DNA of 64,000 bases from an uncultured delta proteobacterium (GCA_963821845.1 CAWGFI010000021.1:38404-102403); one strand, 5' to 3'; shown: positions 20,454 through 30,938, numbered from the stretch's first letter. Notes: generated from the sequence alone by a model not told the origin. Numbers and translations: made by a program.

Positions 20454-21548
20454 ATGGCTCGTAAATTAAAAATCCTTTTTGTCGCCAACAAGAAATTGCC
20501 CCTGGGAGACTACCGGGTTGTTTATGGAAATCATGCGCGTGATCATGAAATCTTCCTCGGCCTTCCCGCCAGACCCGATGGCGTCCGACCGTCGCGCTTC
20601 ATACCATTGGGATTCGAAGAGAGCTTTTCCGCCGAAGATCTGCTCCATTTTCTATCTCTTTTTTTTTGTTTGCTGAAGAAACGCTTCAATCTCGTCCATT
20701 TCTATTCCACCAAACTGGTGCTCTTCGGTCCTCTGGTCTGCGTGCTGGCCGGAACCAAATCCATGGTGACTCTGACCGGCTTGGGCCGCGTCTTCTATGA
20801 TGACGGACTGATCTACCGAGCGCTCAGACCCGTCTATCTTCTGTTGTTCAGACTTTCGGCCATGATGGCCAATAGGGTCCTGTTTCAGAATTGGGGGGAC
20901 CTACGGCTTTTTTCCACTTGGTTTCCATCGCTGCGAGATAAATTTAAGTATATCGGAAGCGCCTCCTTTTTCCCGGAAGTCCGGTCCAAGGATTTTTATT
21001 CCGAGCGGTTAACGGTCCTGCTGGTTTCAAGGTTGTTGAACTCCAAGGGAATCGACGATTATCTGACTGTAGCTGGCAAATTGGCCGGAGAGCCGTTTGA
21101 CTTCACGCTGGTGGGCCCTTCCTCCGTGGGCGCCGAAGCCCTGTTCGACCGGGTGGAGCGTCTGGGCAAAGAGGGAATCATTGATTATAAAGGAGAGTTT
21201 CACGGAGAATCTTTGAATAAAGAGTTCAAAAACGCCCACATTTTCTATTTCCCTTCCTATGGTGAAGGATTATCGCGAGTTTTGCTGGAAGCCGGTTTCT
21301 CCCGTCTCTGTCCAATCGTGTACAATATAAATGCGAACCGTGATCTAGTCGATGAAGGACGCGGGCATATCACGCCTGTGCGGGACGTGGACAAAGTAGT
21401 CGAGATTCTGAGAATGCTCAACAAGGATCGCGCGCGAGTGGAACGGGAAGCCCACGCATTTCAGGTGTTTATAGCGCGTGAATACTCCTTTGGTGTGTTC
21501 GCCAAACGGATGGACGCCATCCTGGCGGAGGCCTGCGCGGGTCGGTAA
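20454..21548 (+). CDS. Glycosyltransferase family 1
   Basis: Start at MARKLKILFVAN. GT1-like C-terminal half (EGLSRVLLEAGFSRLCPIVYNINANRDLV). Confidence 0.6.
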   Translation: MARKLKILFVANKKLPLGDYRVVYGNHARDHEIFLGLPARPDGVRPSRFIPLGFEESFSAEDLLHFLSLFFCLLKKRFNLVHFYSTKLVLFGPLVCVLAGTKSMVTLTGLGRVFYDDGLIYRALRPVYLLLFRLSAMMANRVLFQNWGDLRLFSTWFPSLRDKFKYIGSASFFPEVRSKDFYSERLTVLLVSRLLNSKGIDDYLTVAGKLAGEPFDFTLVGPSSVGAEALFDRVERLGKEGIIDYKGEFHGESLNKEFKNAHIFYFPSYGEGLSRVLLEAGFSRLCPIVYNINANRDLVDEGRGHITPVRDVDKVVEILRMLNKDRARVEREAHAFQVFIAREYSFGVFAKRMDAILAEACAGR

Positions 21549-21617
21549 CATCGTCTCGCCCCGTAAGGGGTCCCGGACGAATAGTGAACTCGCTCAAAAG
21601 CATTGGGACGTTGGCAT

Positions 21618-22220
21618 ATGGAAATAAAAGTGGTACCTATGACCGCACAACACGTCGATCAGGTTGTACGCATACATCTGAACTCATTCCAGGGCTTTTT
21701 CTTGAGCTTTCTCGGTCCCCGTTTTCTGCGCGCCCTCTACCATGGGCTTCAGAACGATGAACGCTCGCTCAACTTCGTCGCGTTCGACGACGCGGGCCGC
21801 ATGGTCGGTTTCGTGGCGGGTACTCAAGACCCTTCGGGCTTTTACGGGCGGCTCATTAAAAAGGACGCCTGGCGTTTTTGCCTGGCGTCACTGGAAGGCG
21901 TTTTAAAAAAACCTTCGATCATGCCTCGCCTGTTCAGAGCGCTGAGGCAGCCATCCAACAGCCCGGCGGGCGGCCAAACGGGGCTGCTCATGTCCATAGC
22001 CGTCGTGTCGGAGGCTCAAGGCAGTGGAGCGGGAAAAAAATTAGTGGAAGCTTTCCTCGCCGGCATGGCCCAAAAAGGCGTCAAGGATGTATATCTCACC
22101 ACGGATCGCGACCATAACCAATCGGTCAATCGGTTCTACCAAAAAAACGGGTTCACCATCTCCCGGGTTTTCGTTACCGCCGAGGGAAGAGGGATGAACG
22201 AATTCCATCACGCGCTGTGA
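21618..22220 (+). CDS. GNAT family N-acetyltransferase
   Basis: Acetyl-CoA binding motif QGSGAGKKLVEAFL and C-terminal NGFTI. Confidence 0.6.
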   Translation: MEIKVVPMTAQHVDQVVRIHLNSFQGFFLSFLGPRFLRALYHGLQNDERSLNFVAFDDAGRMVGFVAGTQDPSGFYGRLIKKDAWRFCLASLEGVLKKPSIMPRLFRALRQPSNSPAGGQTGLLMSIAVVSEAQGSGAGKKLVEAFLAGMAQKGVKDVYLTTDRDHNQSVNRFYQKNGFTISRVFVTAEGRGMNEFHHAL

Positions 22221-22284
22221 CAAACCGTGAAGTCAATTCGTCGGAAATTTGGGCGATCCGCCGCGCTCATGAGATAATCTATCG

Positions 22285-24357
22285 ATGAGGGCATCAACCA
22301 TTCAAACAGCCGGCCGGCGCCCTTCCACCCGCGCCTCGCTCCTCGTGGGAACGATCCTCGTTATTCTCCTTACCGGGCTGCTGCGGTTCGGGTCCGCGTA
22401 CCTCGCGGCCCTGGCGCTTTTTGCGGTTCTCATCCTCGCGCCCGGCGCCGCGCTGGAACGGCTCCTGGTACGATCGGACAATTATCCGGAACGAGCCGCC
22501 TACTCGTTCGCCTTCGGCGTTTCCTGGGCCTCGGTTTTATTCGTCGCCCTCATATGGCTGGGCTTCGATCTCACCAGCGGATGGGGACGGTTTCTGCCGT
22601 TTCTGTTCGTACTCTGCCTGATCGGCTTGTATCTGTTCAGAAAACCCGCCCTGACCGCGCCGCCGTCCCAACCGCTCACCCGCGTGGAATGGCTGACCGT
22701 TGGTATATGCCTTTTTTTTTCGTTCATCCTCGTGTTCAACGAAAGCATGACCATCCTGGGCTCGGACGGGTTGTCGCACATCTTTATCGTCAAACACGCG
22801 TTGTCCGCGAGAAACCTGGAAGGGTATGCCGAAGGGATAAAGGCGGTGGCGCTGGAAACGCGCGCTTGGCGGTGGGCCATTCAACCGTTCATTCTCATGT
22901 GGACCGGCGCTACCAGCATGCGGCAGTTCATGGAGTTCACCTCCATTGTGGCGCCGTTTATCTTTTGCGGTTTTTACGCCTTCTGCCGGTCCTTGTTCGC
23001 GTCATCGCGATTCAATGCCATTTGCATGCTGCTGTTCGCCGTCCATTTCGGCGGGTACATCAGCAACTTCAGCCACTCCGACTACTCCTGGTACATCGCC
23101 TGGGGCATTATTTTTCCCGCCCTTTCCCTGACCCTGCGGGGGACCAGGGAAAAAAGCGTCTCCCTGTCCGCCTGGGGCGTCGCGCTGGGACTCAGCGTCA
23201 TCCTCATTCATTTCAATCTTTTTCTGATTTTTATCGGCGCGCTGATTTGTTTGGTCCTGGCCCGGTCGTTCTGGTCCCAATCGATAAGCCCGGCCCGAAA
23301 AACCATCCTCGGGGCCGTGGTGATCGCCGGTATCCTGGCGCCGTTGATCGTTTTTCTGGCTTACGCTCCCGAAAAACTTCTGTCCGCGGCTCGCCAGACG
23401 GATTATATCGGTCGGGAACTCGACTTCCGGGCGACCCGATTTCAAGGATTCGGGGTTATCGTCGATTTTATTCAGACCTATGGACGCTGGGCCGGACTGT
23501 TGGGCATAACCGCGCTGCTGCTCACGCCGCTGCTCTGGCCGTTCAGACTAACCGGAGAAGACCGCAAGACCGCGGGTTTTCTCCTGCTGGCCATGTTTTT
23601 GCCGTTCTGCGTGATCCTGAACCCGGGACTGGTGTACCTCTCTTATCTGGTGGTGGGGCAGGGCGGCTTCATGATCTACCGGCTCGTCTACCTGTGCCCC
23701 TATATTCCGGTCATCGCGTTCGCCTTGAGCGAATACGCGCCGCGCAACAACAAATGGTGGTGCATGTCCCCGGCGGTCCGAAAAATGATCGCGGTCATCC
23801 TGGCGCTGTTCGCCCTGCCGGTGATGCTGTACCATGCGCTCCATTATCTTCCGCCCGCAAGCGCGCAAGTCCTGCAGGAGCGGGTCGCCCCCATCATTCC
23901 TTATCATCGGGTTCCCTACCGTTACGACCACCCGGCGCTGAAACGGGCCATAAAGTACATCAACGCCAATCTTCAGCCCGGCGTTCTGATTTTCTCCGAT
24001 CCCCTGACCAGCTCCATGATTCAGGCGGCCACCGATTGCAGAATCTGGAAGGCGGCCAAGATGCCGGACAAGATCCTGAAAACGTACGGTCTCAAATTGC
24101 TACTCCCGCAAACGCCCTTAAAAGCAAGCCTGTCCATGCTCAAGCGCATCGGGGCGGATTATGTCTTGATCAACACCACCTTTAACGAACAGCTCGCCGA
24201 AGATTATTTCGGGCTGGAACATTCCCCCGAGGGAGCGCGGGCGTTCCTGAGCAAATTCGCCGACCACCCGGAACTGTTCAAGGAGATTTATCGCGAAGAC
24301 GGGTATTATCTTTTCCGGGTAATCGAAAGTAGCGGACAAGCCGGAGAGCGGGAGTAA
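22285..24357 (+). CDS. Large polytopic membrane protein (690 aa) with C-terminal soluble domain; possible GT-C-type glycosyltransferase or polymerase-like protein
   Basis: More than 12 hydrophobic segments over the first ~500 aa, then a ~180-aa soluble tail. Last gene of the polysaccharide locus. Confidence 0.4.
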   Translation: MRASTIQTAGRRPSTRASLLVGTILVILLTGLLRFGSAYLAALALFAVLILAPGAALERLLVRSDNYPERAAYSFAFGVSWASVLFVALIWLGFDLTSGWGRFLPFLFVLCLIGLYLFRKPALTAPPSQPLTRVEWLTVGICLFFSFILVFNESMTILGSDGLSHIFIVKHALSARNLEGYAEGIKAVALETRAWRWAIQPFILMWTGATSMRQFMEFTSIVAPFIFCGFYAFCRSLFASSRFNAICMLLFAVHFGGYISNFSHSDYSWYIAWGIIFPALSLTLRGTREKSVSLSAWGVALGLSVILIHFNLFLIFIGALICLVLARSFWSQSISPARKTILGAVVIAGILAPLIVFLAYAPEKLLSAARQTDYIGRELDFRATRFQGFGVIVDFIQTYGRWAGLLGITALLLTPLLWPFRLTGEDRKTAGFLLLAMFLPFCVILNPGLVYLSYLVVGQGGFMIYRLVYLCPYIPVIAFALSEYAPRNNKWWCMSPAVRKMIAVILALFALPVMLYHALHYLPPASAQVLQERVAPIIPYHRVPYRYDHPALKRAIKYINANLQPGVLIFSDPLTSSMIQAATDCRIWKAAKMPDKILKTYGLKLLLPQTPLKASLSMLKRIGADYVLINTTFNEQLAEDYFGLEHSPEGARAFLSKFADHPELFKEIYREDGYYLFRVIESSGQAGERE

Positions 24358-24494
24358 GAAAAGATCAGGAAAACCATTGCGGGGGAATTTTAGCGCGCCT
24401 CGAAGATCCCGACGCCGTAGGGACGCGATGTAGGGGCGAAAAATTTTTCGCCCCTTGATTTAAACGAATATCGTTATTTCCGGCCTCGCGGCTT

Positions 24495-26504
24495 CTATTC
24501 AAGCCCCAGCGCGGCGGTGAATCCCGCCTCCACGGCTCTGGCCGCGTTCTTGGGCTGGGCGGCGTCGCCGAGCAGGCGCGTTTTTCCGGGCATGATCGCT
24601 TCCAGCTCCTCGGCTATGTCATTGACCGGCACGGCGCCCATGGCCAGGATCACCGTATCGGCGGGGAGATTCACTTCATTGCCTTCCGCGTCCTCGCACA
24701 ATACCGCTTCGGGAGTTATTTCCAGCAGCTTGGTTTTGGTCTTCACGGCAATGTTGTACATTTTCAGCTTCTTCAGCACCACCCACTTGGTGGAAGGCCC
24801 GATATCGGAGCCCGCTCGCGGCAGCTGTTCGATAACCGTGACCTGTTTGGAGCCCTGAAGCATGAGTTCCTTGAGGACTTCCGGCGTTTCGGCTTCGTGC
24901 AGCATGAGGAAATGAAGCTGCTGAGGGGAAAGCGTCCCTTTCTTGGCCAGATAAATGGCGGTTTCCAGCCCCACCGCGCCGCCGCCGACAACCACCACTT
25001 TCTGCCCGGTCACGCCATCGTTTTTGAGCACGTCCCAGGCCTGTTTCACATTCGGGCCGTCCGCTCCGGATATGCGGGGAACCAAGGCCTCCGCTCCGGT
25101 GGCGATCCAGGCCACGTCGTAGTCTTCCCCACGCGCCATTTCGCTCTTGAATTCCACGCCCAGGCGCATGTCGACCCGCGCGGCTTCCAGGGCGTTTTTA
25201 TAGTAGCGGAACATTTCCAGAAACTCGGGCTTGCCCGTGGGGCCGCTCCACCACACGATCTGGCCGCCCAAGTAGGATTCCCGTTCGTACAGGGTGACCT
25301 GATGCCCCCGCTGGGCCGCCCGGAGAGCCGCTTCGCAGCCCGCCGCGCCCCCGCCGATCACCAGAACCTTTTTGGGGTTAGCGGTCGGCTTGACCTCGAT
25401 CTTGTATTCCTCGCCGGCCAGCGCGTTTACCAGACAACCGATGGGTTTGAGCGCGAACACGTGGTCAAAGCATTTCTGATTGCAGGCGATGCAAGGCCGG
25501 ATGTCGTCCAGGGCGCCGGCGGCCGCCTTGTTGGGGAGTTCCGGGTCCGCGATCAGCGGCCGCGCCATGCATATGAGGTCCCCGAAGTTTTCCAGAAGCG
25601 TTTCCTCGGCCAATGTGGGGTGGTTGATGCGATTGCTCACCGCCACGGGGACGCTTACCGCGTTCTTGATTCCCCTGGCCAGATAGGCGTAGCCCGCGCG
25701 AGGCAGATCGGCCGTGATCTGGGGGACCCGGGTTTCGTGCCATCCGCCGGTCACGTTGATCAGGTCCACGCCGGCTTCATCGCAGGCCCGCGCGAAGATT
25801 CTCGATTCCTTGTTGGTATGGCTGCCGGGCACGAAATCGTTTCCGGCCAGACGGATGCCCACGCAGAATTCGGGACCGACCGCGTCGCGTACGGCGCGCA
25901 CGACTTCCAGGCCGAAGCGCATGCGGTTTTCCAGCTCGCCCCCGTATTCGTCCGTGCGCTTGTTGATCACCGGCGACAGAAACTGGGAGATCAGGTAACC
26001 CGCCGAACCGAGGATCTCCACCATGTTGAAGCCGCTTTCCTTGGCTCGCCCCGCCGCCGTGGCGAAGTCGTTGATCACCATGTCGATGTCTTCCCGGGTC
26101 ATCTCCTTGGCTTCTTCCTTGGTGAAGCGGGACTGATGCGCCGAAGACGACAAGGCCTGACGCTTGATGAAAATCTGGTGCGCGTAGGCGCCGGCCATAT
26201 AGAGCTGGGCGCCTATTTTGGCGCCGTGTTCCCGACACGCCGCGGTAAGCATCTTGAGGCCCGGAATATATTTGTCCTTGTGCAGGCCGATCATGGTCGG
26301 GCCGCCGGACCATTCATCCACGAGACAACCCCCGACGATGATCAACCCCACGCCGCCCTTGGCTCGTTCTTCGTAAAAACGGATCAGCCGGTCGGTGACG
26401 GTTCCATCGGCAACATAATTCAGGTGCATCGCGGGCATCACGATCCTGTTACGCAGTTCCATCTGATTTATTCGTATGGGCGTGAATAACCGTTTGAACC
26501 CCAT
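24495..26504 (-). CDS. NADH:flavin oxidoreductase (Old Yellow Enzyme family) fused to an FAD/NAD(P)-binding domain (2,4-dienoyl-CoA reductase-like)
   Basis: N-terminal OYE signature (PIRINQMELRNRIVMPAMH...GLIIVGG) and a C-terminal Rossmann segment (VLVIGGGAAGCEAA). Start at MGFKRLF. Confidence 0.8.
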   Translation of the reverse strand: MGFKRLFTPIRINQMELRNRIVMPAMHLNYVADGTVTDRLIRFYEERAKGGVGLIIVGGCLVDEWSGGPTMIGLHKDKYIPGLKMLTAACREHGAKIGAQLYMAGAYAHQIFIKRQALSSSAHQSRFTKEEAKEMTREDIDMVINDFATAAGRAKESGFNMVEILGSAGYLISQFLSPVINKRTDEYGGELENRMRFGLEVVRAVRDAVGPEFCVGIRLAGNDFVPGSHTNKESRIFARACDEAGVDLINVTGGWHETRVPQITADLPRAGYAYLARGIKNAVSVPVAVSNRINHPTLAEETLLENFGDLICMARPLIADPELPNKAAAGALDDIRPCIACNQKCFDHVFALKPIGCLVNALAGEEYKIEVKPTANPKKVLVIGGGAAGCEAALRAAQRGHQVTLYERESYLGGQIVWWSGPTGKPEFLEMFRYYKNALEAARVDMRLGVEFKSEMARGEDYDVAWIATGAEALVPRISGADGPNVKQAWDVLKNDGVTGQKVVVVGGGAVGLETAIYLAKKGTLSPQQLHFLMLHEAETPEVLKELMLQGSKQVTVIEQLPRAGSDIGPSTKWVVLKKLKMYNIAVKTKTKLLEITPEAVLCEDAEGNEVNLPADTVILAMGAVPVNDIAEELEAIMPGKTRLLGDAAQPKNAARAVEAGFTAALGLE

Positions 26505-26584
26505 GTATCGCTCCTTTACCGCATTGCGCGTCAATTAAAGCTTCGGTAAATTACCATAACTTCAGTGAAAAGAGAACGGCTCCT

Positions 26585-27445
26585 TCAGGCGGACCGGCCG
26601 CCGCTCCGCTCGGTCAGGGCAATTCCTGCCAACAGCCAGAAGCAGCCTACCAGCAAACCCGCCGCCACGTCGGAAACGTAATGCACCGACAGAAAAATCC
26701 TGCTGAAGCCGATCAACAGGACCAGAAACACAGTCCAGTAAACCAGTTCAAAACGTTGTCGGGTGGTTGCGGCCCTGCGCAGCAGCAGGTATGCGATAAA
26801 TCCGTACACCGCCGCCGCTCCGGTGGCGTGGCCGCTGGGAAAGGATGGCGCGAATTCCGTCACGTCGGTCAAAAATTCCGGTCGGGGCCGATCGATCGCA
26901 TACTTGCCCAGCCATGTGACGATCTGCGATCCCAGGATGGTCAGCCACATGGGGAGAATCGGTTTCTTCCAGTTAAGCGCCCACAGAAAACCGGTCGCCG
27001 TAAAGGAGACCGCCACCAGCGTGGCGCTACTGCCCAGGGCCGTGATCCAGGAAAAGAAAATGATCAGCCCCCTGGTCCTGATCGGCTCCAGAGCCCGGTT
27101 GATCAAGGGGTCCCACGGCATCTCCTCCACCTCGTAGAGGTCCGCCACGAGGTCGCCCAAAAGGAAGGCCACGTAGGTGGCCGCCAGGATAAACAGGGTA
27201 AGCGGCAGGCCGCGAAACCGGGAAACATCCAGACGCCGGCGGAGAAACGACATGACGCCCGGATATCTGCGCTTCAAGCGATGATGAAACGGCTCCAGCA
27301 GGGAGAGTGTCCCTCGGAAGCGGCGCGATTGGCTGAAGCGGCCCCAGCTCTGAGTCAATAGGCTCACCACAACCCGGCTCAGCAGCCATCCCGCCAGCGC
27401 GAGCCCCAGAATACACAGCAAAACCAGGATCGTAACAGGCGCCAT
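26585..27445 (-). CDS. PAP2 family phosphatase (membrane)
   Basis: Canonical PAP2 motifs KYAIDRPRP, PSGHA and SRIFLSVHYVSD. Confidence 0.8.
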   Translation of the reverse strand: MAPVTILVLLCILGLALAGWLLSRVVVSLLTQSWGRFSQSRRFRGTLSLLEPFHHRLKRRYPGVMSFLRRRLDVSRFRGLPLTLFILAATYVAFLLGDLVADLYEVEEMPWDPLINRALEPIRTRGLIIFFSWITALGSSATLVAVSFTATGFLWALNWKKPILPMWLTILGSQIVTWLGKYAIDRPRPEFLTDVTEFAPSFPSGHATGAAAVYGFIAYLLLRRAATTRQRFELVYWTVFLVLLIGFSRIFLSVHYVSDVAAGLLVGCFWLLAGIALTERSGGRSA

Positions 27446-27456
27446 TCCGGTCCGCG

Positions 27457-28773
27457 TCACTTTTTGCTTTTTTCGGTCCACCGCCTCATCGTGCCGGACA
27501 GCACCAGCCCCAGGACCAGGAATAAGGGAATGAGCGGCGCCGTGGCCATGGCGGGAGAGACGTGCAGCCATCCCTTGAGGTGCAGCGCCTCGCAGATCAC
27601 CAGACTGATTTCCGTGAAATAAAAGGCGCAGAAAATCGAATAAAGGCCCTGGAGCTTGTGATGCGTTTCCAACTGCCCGGTGAGCGCGGCCTTGATGTCG
27701 CCCTCGGTCGACAGAAGCTGGCGCTGATTGAGTATCTCCAGCCGGGTGCGCACGATCCCCACCATGTTGTCCACCCGCGCGGTAAGATCCACGATGCGGC
27801 TGTACAACCAGGTGTAGTCCCTGGAAAAGCTGGCGATATTGGACTTCACCACCAGGGACAGGCTCGGGTCCCCGTCCACCGACGTTTCAATCCACCAGGT
27901 CAGCAGGCGCTCCACGTCCTCCTTATAGATTCGCATGTCCGCGGAGTGGACTTCCAGAATCTGTTTGTACTGGGTCAGGCGGGCGAAGTCCATGGACATC
28001 TGCTTGACCCACGCGCGGATGGTGTCCAGATCCCTGGTCCCCAGATTCTCGGCGATTTCGACGATACTGGCGTCCAGATCGTTTTCCAGGTCGCGCACTT
28101 CCTCGGCCACCGATTTGAAGCGCATTTTGGGCGCGGTGATGAGGTGATACAGGGTTTCCAGGTGAATGATGGCGTCGGCGGCGCGGATAGCCTCGCGCTC
28201 GAGCTTTATCACGCCCTCCGGGGAGAAGGGTTTGACCACGTACAGCTCCCGGCCGCTCGCGTTCTTGGCGTAGGTCGCCCAGAGTTGCGCCGCCCCCCCG
28301 AGGATTGAGCTTATGAACACCCGCCGGGTACCGAAATAAAACTCCGGGTCGCGTTGTTCGTGCTCCCGCGAAACATAAATCAGGGTGCTGCAGATGTTGG
28401 AGGCGCCGGTGAACGCGGAGATATCCAGAATAAAGTCGGAATCCCGGGCGTCGGGCGCGGAGTTCCCGTCTTCCGCCGCGCTCCAGATCTGAACGATAAA
28501 ATGGTTGGTCTTGCTTTCGATGAACGCGTACTGAGTCATCCCGTTGGGAAGGGTCCTTTGAGCGAACGCCTGGCAGGTTCCGGACATTCCCTGCACAAAG
28601 CCCTTTTCCTCGCAGAAACGGTCGAACCCCTCATAGATCGCAGGCCATTGCAGCTTATCGGAAAGAAACGATTCGGCCTGAATCCACAGGGGAAGCGTCA
28701 GTTTTTCCACGGGAATGTGGTGCGGTCCCAGCTCCTCCAGATCGTCCTGGATTTCACACGTAAAGAAACTCAT
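27457..28773 (-). CDS. Hypothetical protein with C-terminal TM anchor
   Basis: 438-aa ORF with no recognisable motif and one or two C-terminal hydrophobic helices. Its stop is 12 bp from the PAP2 start. Confidence 0.4.
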   Translation of the reverse strand: MSFFTCEIQDDLEELGPHHIPVEKLTLPLWIQAESFLSDKLQWPAIYEGFDRFCEEKGFVQGMSGTCQAFAQRTLPNGMTQYAFIESKTNHFIVQIWSAAEDGNSAPDARDSDFILDISAFTGASNICSTLIYVSREHEQRDPEFYFGTRRVFISSILGGAAQLWATYAKNASGRELYVVKPFSPEGVIKLEREAIRAADAIIHLETLYHLITAPKMRFKSVAEEVRDLENDLDASIVEIAENLGTRDLDTIRAWVKQMSMDFARLTQYKQILEVHSADMRIYKEDVERLLTWWIETSVDGDPSLSLVVKSNIASFSRDYTWLYSRIVDLTARVDNMVGIVRTRLEILNQRQLLSTEGDIKAALTGQLETHHKLQGLYSIFCAFYFTEISLVICEALHLKGWLHVSPAMATAPLIPLFLVLGLVLSGTMRRWTEKSKK

Positions 28774-28810
28774 AGGCCTCGTCTATTCCGGTTCGAGTGT
28801 ATGTCCCCGG

Positions 28811-30415
28811 CTACAATCGTATCTGCTTTACCTCGATCATATTCGGGATGGCGCGCAGTTCCTGCAGCACCCGTTCGGAAACGACCTCGTCCACTTTTAC
28901 CAGGGACATGGCCCTGTCGCCGGGTTCGTTCCTGGCCAGGTGCATTTTGGCGATATTGATGTTGTTGTTTCCCAGTGTCACCCCGATGGCGCCGATCACG
29001 CCCGGCCGGTCGAAATTGTGCGTGAACAGGATGTTGCCGCTCGGTATGGTTTCGGTGACGAATTCATTGACGCGCACGATCCTGGGCCCATGATCCACGA
29101 ACACGGTCCCGGCCAGGGAAAATTCATGGCTTTTGGAGGCCACGCTCAGCTTGACCAGTTCGGAGTATCCTTCCACCTGGCATGACTTGCTCTCGAAAAC
29201 CTTGATGCCGCGCTTTTCCGCCTCCAGCGGCGCGTTGATCAGGTTCACGGCCTCGCTCACCACCGGATCGAGCAGTCCCTTGAGCACGCCGCTGGTAAGC
29301 AGCGAAACTTCCAGGTCCGCCAGTTTTCCGCAATATTCTATGTACACGCGCTCCACGCTTTCCACATGCGCCTGGGATACGAACCGGCCCATGCGCTGCA
29401 CGAGATCCAGATACGGCGACAGCCGGTCCAGATCCTTGAGCGCGGAGGACGGCAGATTGACCGCGTTCTTGATAGTTCCGTAGATCAGATAATCGGCGAT
29501 CTGCCGGGCGATCATCACCGCCACCTTGATCTGCGACTGCTCGCTGGAAGCGCCCAGATGCGGGGTGAGTATGACCTTGGGACTCCGAAGCAGGGGATGG
29601 TCGGCCGGGGGTGGCTCAGGCGAAAACACGTCGAGCGCGGCGCCGGCGATCTTGCCGGAATCCAGCGCGTCCGCCAGATCCATTTCATTGACGATGCCAC
29701 CCCGGGCGCAGTTGATGATACGGGCGCCGTCCTTCATCTTCGCGAAGGTTTCCCGGTTTATGAGGTTGCGCGTATCGTCGGTGAGCGGGCTGTGCAGGGT
29801 TATGAAATCGGAATTCTCATAGATCGTGTCCAGGTCGCACAACTCGACTCCCAATCGCTTGGCGCTGTCAGGGCCGAGATAGGGGTCGTAGGCCAGGACC
29901 TTCATCTTCAGACCCAGCGCCCGTTCCGCCACCAGCCTACCGACGTTACCCAGCCCGATGACGCCCAGGGTCTGCCCGGACACTTCGGTACCCATGAATT
30001 TCTTTTTCTCCCACTTGCCTTCGCGCATGGAAGCCGTGGCCTGCGGAATGTGCCGGGAAAGGGAAAACATCATGGCGATGGCGTGTTCGGCCGCCGCCAG
30101 GGCGTTGGCGCCCGGAGTGTTCATGACCAGGACGCCCCGCTGCGTGGCCGCGTTGATATTGATGTTGTCCACGCCGGTTCCAGCTCTCCCCACCACCTGG
30201 AGCTTTTTACCCAGGGCCAGGAGTTTCTCGTCGACCTTGGTCCTGCTCCTGACGATTACCGCATGGTATTCGTGGATGTCCCGTTCGAGCGTATCACGGT
30301 CAATCCCGGTCCGGTCATCCACTTCGATACCGCTGGTCGATTTCAGGAGTTCTATTCCCTCACGATTCAGTCCGTCACAAATAAGCGCTTTTCTTTTTTC
30401 ACGGTCGCCGTTCAT
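28811..30415 (-). CDS. serA: D-3-phosphoglycerate dehydrogenase (with C-terminal ACT domain)
   Basis: D-isomer 2-hydroxyacid dehydrogenase motifs (GVIGLGNVGRLVA, NAD-binding region) with ASB and ACT C-terminal domains. Start at MNGDRE with an AGGTGGAG SD 6 nt upstream. Confidence 0.85.
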   Translation of the reverse strand: MNGDREKRKALICDGLNREGIELLKSTSGIEVDDRTGIDRDTLERDIHEYHAVIVRSRTKVDEKLLALGKKLQVVGRAGTGVDNININAATQRGVLVMNTPGANALAAAEHAIAMMFSLSRHIPQATASMREGKWEKKKFMGTEVSGQTLGVIGLGNVGRLVAERALGLKMKVLAYDPYLGPDSAKRLGVELCDLDTIYENSDFITLHSPLTDDTRNLINRETFAKMKDGARIINCARGGIVNEMDLADALDSGKIAGAALDVFSPEPPPADHPLLRSPKVILTPHLGASSEQSQIKVAVMIARQIADYLIYGTIKNAVNLPSSALKDLDRLSPYLDLVQRMGRFVSQAHVESVERVYIEYCGKLADLEVSLLTSGVLKGLLDPVVSEAVNLINAPLEAEKRGIKVFESKSCQVEGYSELVKLSVASKSHEFSLAGTVFVDHGPRIVRVNEFVTETIPSGNILFTHNFDRPGVIGAIGVTLGNNNINIAKMHLARNEPGDRAMSLVKVDEVVSERVLQELRAIPNMIEVKQIRL

Positions 30416-30729
30416 ACGATTCTCCACCTGTGCGCGCATAGAGTTTTCCAAAGGGGCGGGAAACGGAAAGCTCCTGCCCCTCCTTCCTTAAATGCTTAAA
30501 CATAAACCAGTTGAGAGTGCAAGAGAAAATGAATCATCCTTCAGTAAAGTATCTTGCCTCCTCTTGATAGCTCTTTTTTGTAAGGCCGTTTTATTTGCGG
30601 AAGATGAGAATCCGGCGGTTATCGCTCGGAAAGCGCGCCGGTCGCGGGATACGACGCCGAGCCTATTGTATGCGAGACGCGCCGGGTGGCCTTTAATTCC
30701 TACGTGATTGTGTTTTCTCAATTCAACAT

Positions 30730-30743
30730 CTACAAATTTGTAG
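30730..30743. promoter_or_regulatory. Perfect 14-bp palindrome CTACAAATTTGTAG about 90 bp upstream of the sigma54 promoter
   Basis: Seen directly in the sequence. Its position fits an enhancer-binding-protein or other regulator site. Confidence 0.3.
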
Positions 30744-30821
30744 GCGCGTCCCCGGCCGGATTTTGCCTGACTGACCCGGCAACATTCTGATATTATAATG
30801 TTTTTATTACCTCGCGCATAA

Positions 30822-30836
30822 TGGCACATTGGTTGC
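30822..30836 (+). promoter_or_regulatory. Sigma54 (-24/-12) promoter TGGCAC-N5-TTGCT upstream of amtB-glnK
   Basis: TGGCACattggTTGCT matches the TGGCAC-N5-TTGCW consensus with correct GG/GC spacing. Located ~100 bp upstream of the amtB ATG. Confidence 0.6.
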
Positions 30837-30938
30837 TGATGTACTTCCAAGGGCCTTTCTTCTCTTAGGGCGGAGAAGGAAGAAAAACATCACCATCCAA
30901 ATAAATAGGAGATGACGACTAACGGGGAGGTAGGAGAC

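Noticed and set aside
22554-24185. 543-aa plus-strand ORF overlapping the large membrane protein gene in another frame
   Set aside because: Extremely R/P/H/G-rich, no motifs. This is the alternative frame of a GC-rich gene.
24897-26489. 530-aa ORF antisense to the OYE/FadH-like reductase
   Set aside because: GC-rich antisense ORF; the opposite strand has a strong OYE plus Rossmann match.
29366-30499. 377-aa ORF antisense to serA
   Set aside because: Antisense artefact.
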